DNA of 64,000 nucleotides from Simkaniaceae bacterium (GTDB lineage Bacteria; Chlamydiota; Chlamydiia; Chlamydiales; JAJFMI01): NCBI GenBank assembly GCA_040880145.1, contig JBBDIZ010000024.1, positions 12,423 to 76,422 of the forward strand, read 5' to 3'. Shown piece by piece: positions 60,889 to 64,000 of this stretch (position 1 is its first letter; each line of letters starts with the position of its first letter). The notes under the pieces were generated by a model. It saw only the letters and a program-made list of their open reading frames with translations, ran no database searches and was not told where the DNA came from. The position numbers and the translations under genes were made by a program.

Positions 60889-63570
60889 ATGGTCTCCTTT
60901 CTTTCTAGAGTCCTATTCAATCTATTGAAACTACGTTATCGTTTTCACATTAAAAATAAGGAAATATTTAAAGATCCGGCCATCAAAGAGGGGGGGGTCA
61001 TTTTCCTTCCCAATCATCCGGCAGAGATCGATCCTATTATGATGATGGCTCTATTGACGCCGCCTTTTAAGGTTCGTCCGCTTGTTGTCGATCACTTTTT
61101 TTTCATGTCCGGAGCTCGGATATTCATGAACCTTGTCAAGGCAATTTCCATTCCAAATTTTGAGACTGCAGCAAATAAATGGAAAGAAAGAAGAGGGGAA
61201 AAGGCTTTTGAAGAAGTGGCTCAAGGGATTAAAAGAAAAGAGAATTTTCTCATATATCCTTCCGGTCATTTAAGACGCTCTCCAAAGGAACGAATAGGGG
61301 GGAGTTCGTTTGTATACAATCTCTTAAATCATACACCCGAGGCGAAAGTCGTTTTGATCCGAATGGAGGGGTTATGGGGATCCATGTTTTCTCGAGCCCT
61401 TACGGGAAGCTCGCCTGACTTTTGGAAGATGGTCTTTAAAGGGGTTAAGATCATTTTAAAAAATGGAATCTTCTTTGTACCCAAGCGCGATGTTTATATT
61501 GAGCTGGCATTCCCTTTAAAAGATCAGCTTCCAATAGGTGAAGAGAAGCTTACGTTAAATCGATATTTGGAGGCTTTCTATAACAACTATCAAGGAAAAT
61601 CAGAGGAAGAGATCAAACTGGTTTCTTTTTCACGCTCCAAAGAAGAATTTCCAAAAATTGAGGAACCTGAGAAAAAACAGCGAATGGAAGATGTTGAGAT
61701 TCCAATTGAGATTCGCCAATTTGTATTGACGAAACTCGCTGAGGTTTCAAAAAGAGAGAGAGAGGCTCTAAAAGATGAACAGGATCTTTCTAATGACCTT
61801 GGCCTGGACTCACTTGATATCGCAGGGATGCTTGCTTTTCTCGATCATAATTATGAGATTGAAATCAATCATCCGGGGGACTTGGTGACGGTTGAGGATT
61901 TGCTTCATGTTGCAATGGGGGCCAAGCTTTCTGATGAGGAAGAGGAGGAGGTTTTAGCCATTAAGTGGCCGATAGAGCCGAACCGTTTGGAGGTGACGCT
62001 TCCTATGGGTGGAACCATTCATGAGTCGCTTTTACGGATATGCGAGCGAATGGGCAGCTCTGTCGCCTGTGCGGATAATCGCTTAGGGGTCATGACTTAC
62101 AAAGAGCTTAAAAAACGCGCTCTTGTTTTATCTGAGCACATTCGAAAGTTGCCGGGGGATAGAATCGGAGTTTTAATACCGGCTTCATCTGCGACTTATT
62201 TACTTATCTTTGCTATACTACTTTCTAAAAAAGTCCCTGTGATGATGAATTGGACAAGTGGTCCTCGTTCATTAAACCATGGCGCTGATCTAACAGAGCT
62301 AAAAAGCATCATTAGCTCAAGAAAGTTTTTGGAAAACGCAGATGGCATCGATCTTGGGGATCTCGATAAGCGTCTTATTCTTCTTGAAGAGATTAAATGT
62401 GATCTTACCCTTGTATCAAAACTCAAAGGAGTATTTAAATCACTACTGAGTCCTGATCTTATTTTAAAATTAACTCAATTGAATAAGGTTTCTAAAGACG
62501 CACCTTGTGTCATGTTATTCACTAGTGGGACTGAAAATTATCCAAAATGCGTTCCTTTAAGTCATTACAATATTTTATCCGATTTAAGGGCCGCGCTTTC
62601 TTGCATCGACGCGAATAGAGAGGACATTCTCCTTGGAACTTTGCCTCCTTTTCATTCTTTTGGCTTTTCTGTTACAGGGTTAATGCCGTTAATGGCTGGA
62701 TTTCGCACCTTTTTCTCTCCGGATCCAACCGACTCAAAGGCGCTTGCTAAAGCAATTGCAAATTGGGAAATTACAATGACTTGCTTGGCTCCGAGCTTTT
62801 ATAAAAATCTTTTCGCTGTAGCAGATCCGGATGACTTCAAAACTGTTCGCTACTTTGTAACAGGAGCGGAGAAAGCGCCTCGAGAGCTTTATGAATATGT
62901 TGAAAACTTAGGTCCTAATCATCAGGTCATCGAAGGCTATGGAATAACTGAATGTTCTCCGGCTGTTACGATTTCAAGGCCCGGCAAGCCTGTTAAAGGG
63001 GTTGGACAACCCTTGCCGGGGATTGAGCTTAAAACGATTCATCCGGAAGAGGGGACACCACTCAATGAAGGTGAAAGCGGAGAGGTGATCATTAAAGGCC
63101 CCAATGTTTTTGAAGGCTATTTTGGCCCGGATGCCCCTAATCCTTTTATCGAAATTGAAGGAGAGAAATGGTACCGCAGTGGAGATAGAGGTTACCTCGA
63201 TAGCGAGAACAACCTCATTTTTGAGGGGCGTTTGAAGCGATTTGTAAAGATTGGGGGTGAAATGATCAGCCTGACTGCTGTCGAAGATGAATTGAAAAAA
63301 GCTGTAAAAAAGCTTGGGATTTATCAAGATGAGAAAATGTCTTTAGCTCTTTCAGTTATTGAAAAAGATCAAGGCCGCCCTGATCTAATATTGGTTACAA
63401 TTTTTCCTATTTTACGGGACGAAGTTAATCAAATCCTAAAAGAGGCAGGATTTGCTCGTATTGTCAAAGTCTCAGAAGTGACAATGATCGATGAAATTCC
63501 CTTAACAGGGACAGGGAAAATACATTTTAAAGCCCTCAATGATATTGCAAAGAAAGTGAACTATGCCTGA
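60889..63570 (+). CDS. aas: tri-domain lysophospholipid acyltransferase - carrier domain - acyl-ACP/AMP-dependent synthetase (Aas-like)
   Basis: 893 aa. It has an N-terminal PlsC-type HX4D (NHPAEID), a central phosphopantetheine-site-like LGLDSLDIAGM, and a C-terminal adenylate-forming domain (LFTSGTENYPK, GYGITE, YRSGDRG, GTGKI). Confidence 0.85.
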   Translation: MVSFLSRVLFNLLKLRYRFHIKNKEIFKDPAIKEGGVIFLPNHPAEIDPIMMMALLTPPFKVRPLVVDHFFFMSGARIFMNLVKAISIPNFETAANKWKERRGEKAFEEVAQGIKRKENFLIYPSGHLRRSPKERIGGSSFVYNLLNHTPEAKVVLIRMEGLWGSMFSRALTGSSPDFWKMVFKGVKIILKNGIFFVPKRDVYIELAFPLKDQLPIGEEKLTLNRYLEAFYNNYQGKSEEEIKLVSFSRSKEEFPKIEEPEKKQRMEDVEIPIEIRQFVLTKLAEVSKREREALKDEQDLSNDLGLDSLDIAGMLAFLDHNYEIEINHPGDLVTVEDLLHVAMGAKLSDEEEEEVLAIKWPIEPNRLEVTLPMGGTIHESLLRICERMGSSVACADNRLGVMTYKELKKRALVLSEHIRKLPGDRIGVLIPASSATYLLIFAILLSKKVPVMMNWTSGPRSLNHGADLTELKSIISSRKFLENADGIDLGDLDKRLILLEEIKCDLTLVSKLKGVFKSLLSPDLILKLTQLNKVSKDAPCVMLFTSGTENYPKCVPLSHYNILSDLRAALSCIDANREDILLGTLPPFHSFGFSVTGLMPLMAGFRTFFSPDPTDSKALAKAIANWEITMTCLAPSFYKNLFAVADPDDFKTVRYFVTGAEKAPRELYEYVENLGPNHQVIEGYGITECSPAVTISRPGKPVKGVGQPLPGIELKTIHPEEGTPLNEGESGEVIIKGPNVFEGYFGPDAPNPFIEIEGEKWYRSGDRGYLDSENNLIFEGRLKRFVKIGGEMISLTAVEDELKKAVKKLGIYQDEKMSLALSVIEKDQGRPDLILVTIFPILRDEVNQILKEAGFARIVKVSEVTMIDEIPLTGTGKIHFKALNDIAKKVNYA

Positions 63571-64000
63571 TTTGAAGCTATTTAATACGGAAACGCGCCA
63601 AAAAGAGGTCTTTGTATCTAAAGAGAAAAAATGTGTGAAGCTCTATACGTGCGGCCCGACCATCTATGACTATGCCCACATTGGAAACTTTAGAACTTAT
63701 ATTTTTGAAGACCTTTTAAGAAGAACTCTTAAATATTTTGGTTTTTCTGTTTATCAGGTTATGAATTTAACAGATGTCGATGATAAGACGATACAAGGAG
63801 CTGTTACAAATCAGGTCTCTCTTGAGTCCTATACGAAGCCCTTTAAAGAAGCTTTTTTTAGTGATTTTAAAAGACTTCAAATTGAGCCTGCAGAGAAGTA
63901 TCCAGCAGCGACAGAGCATATAGCCGAAATGATTGAAATGATCGAAATCCTGCTTAAAAAGGGATTTGCGTATAGAGGACAAGATGGAGGAGTCTATTTT
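63563..64000 (+). CDS. cysS: cysteinyl-tRNA synthetase, N-terminal fragment; 3' end outside the window
   Basis: The frame is open to the window edge. It has LYTCGPTIYDYAHIGNFRTY (the HIGH motif) and NLTDVDDKTI. The ATG overlaps the aas stop by 8 nt. Confidence 0.9.
   Translation, partial: MPDLKLFNTETRQKEVFVSKEKKCVKLYTCGPTIYDYAHIGNFRTYIFEDLLRRTLKYFGFSVYQVMNLTDVDDKTIQGAVTNQVSLESYTKPFKEAFFSDFKRLQIEPAEKYPAATEHIAEMIEMIEILLKKGFAYRGQDGGVYF

Overview
This 64-kb chromosomal window has the gene content and local order of a member of the phylum Chlamydiota. Supporting blocks are hrcA-grpE-dnaK behind CIRCE-like operators, a fused 2-oxoacid dehydrogenase E1 alpha/beta, ComEC, and an orphan GroEL paralogue without GroES. 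Further blocks are a murF-mraY-murD-LysM-ftsW-murG-murC-ftsQ cluster that ends without ftsA/ftsZ, rsbV-miaA, fabF-nudix-bioY, an Aas-type acyltransferase/acyl-ACP synthetase, and cysS. The unfused murC, moderate AT-richness (judged by eye) and extra genes (large NAD-GDH, hprK-ptsI, P1B-4 ATPase) suggest an environmental chlamydia-like organism rather than Chlamydiaceae. The species cannot be named from the sequence alone. I support about 60 CDS plus tRNA-His(GUG) and tRNA-Cys(GCA). I saw no rRNA, CRISPR array, transposase, integrase or phage genes. The housekeeping blocks are interrupted by visibly AT-rich orphan genes: a Ulp1/C48-like cysteine protease next to tRNA-Cys, several small proteins with ~55-aa bilobed hydrophobic domains (Inc-like), and a protein with seven PAPIQDPN repeats. 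The least explained signals are non-coding. (i) A 340-bp palindrome between def and dnaK has arms made of G3/C3 hexamer microsatellites with canonical G-quadruplex spacing. (ii) Two inverted copies of a ~170-bp MITE-like element bracket a 2.6-kb four-gene cassette. (iii) A dispersed hairpin-forming repeat family ends in TTTCGGTATA and is found at seven or more intergenic sites; two copies sit 57-58 nt upstream of orphan genes, and one forms a 163-bp palindrome in a divergent spacer. Other items worth a second look are a receiver domain with Glu at the phospho-acceptor position fused to an MBL hydrolase, a GroEL paralogue overlapping two tandem GT9-like glycosyltransferases, a PlsC-carrier-adenylase triple fusion, and a serS-VIT-ATPase chain joined by TAATG overlaps. 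All functional calls rest on motifs read from the supplied translations. No database search was possible.
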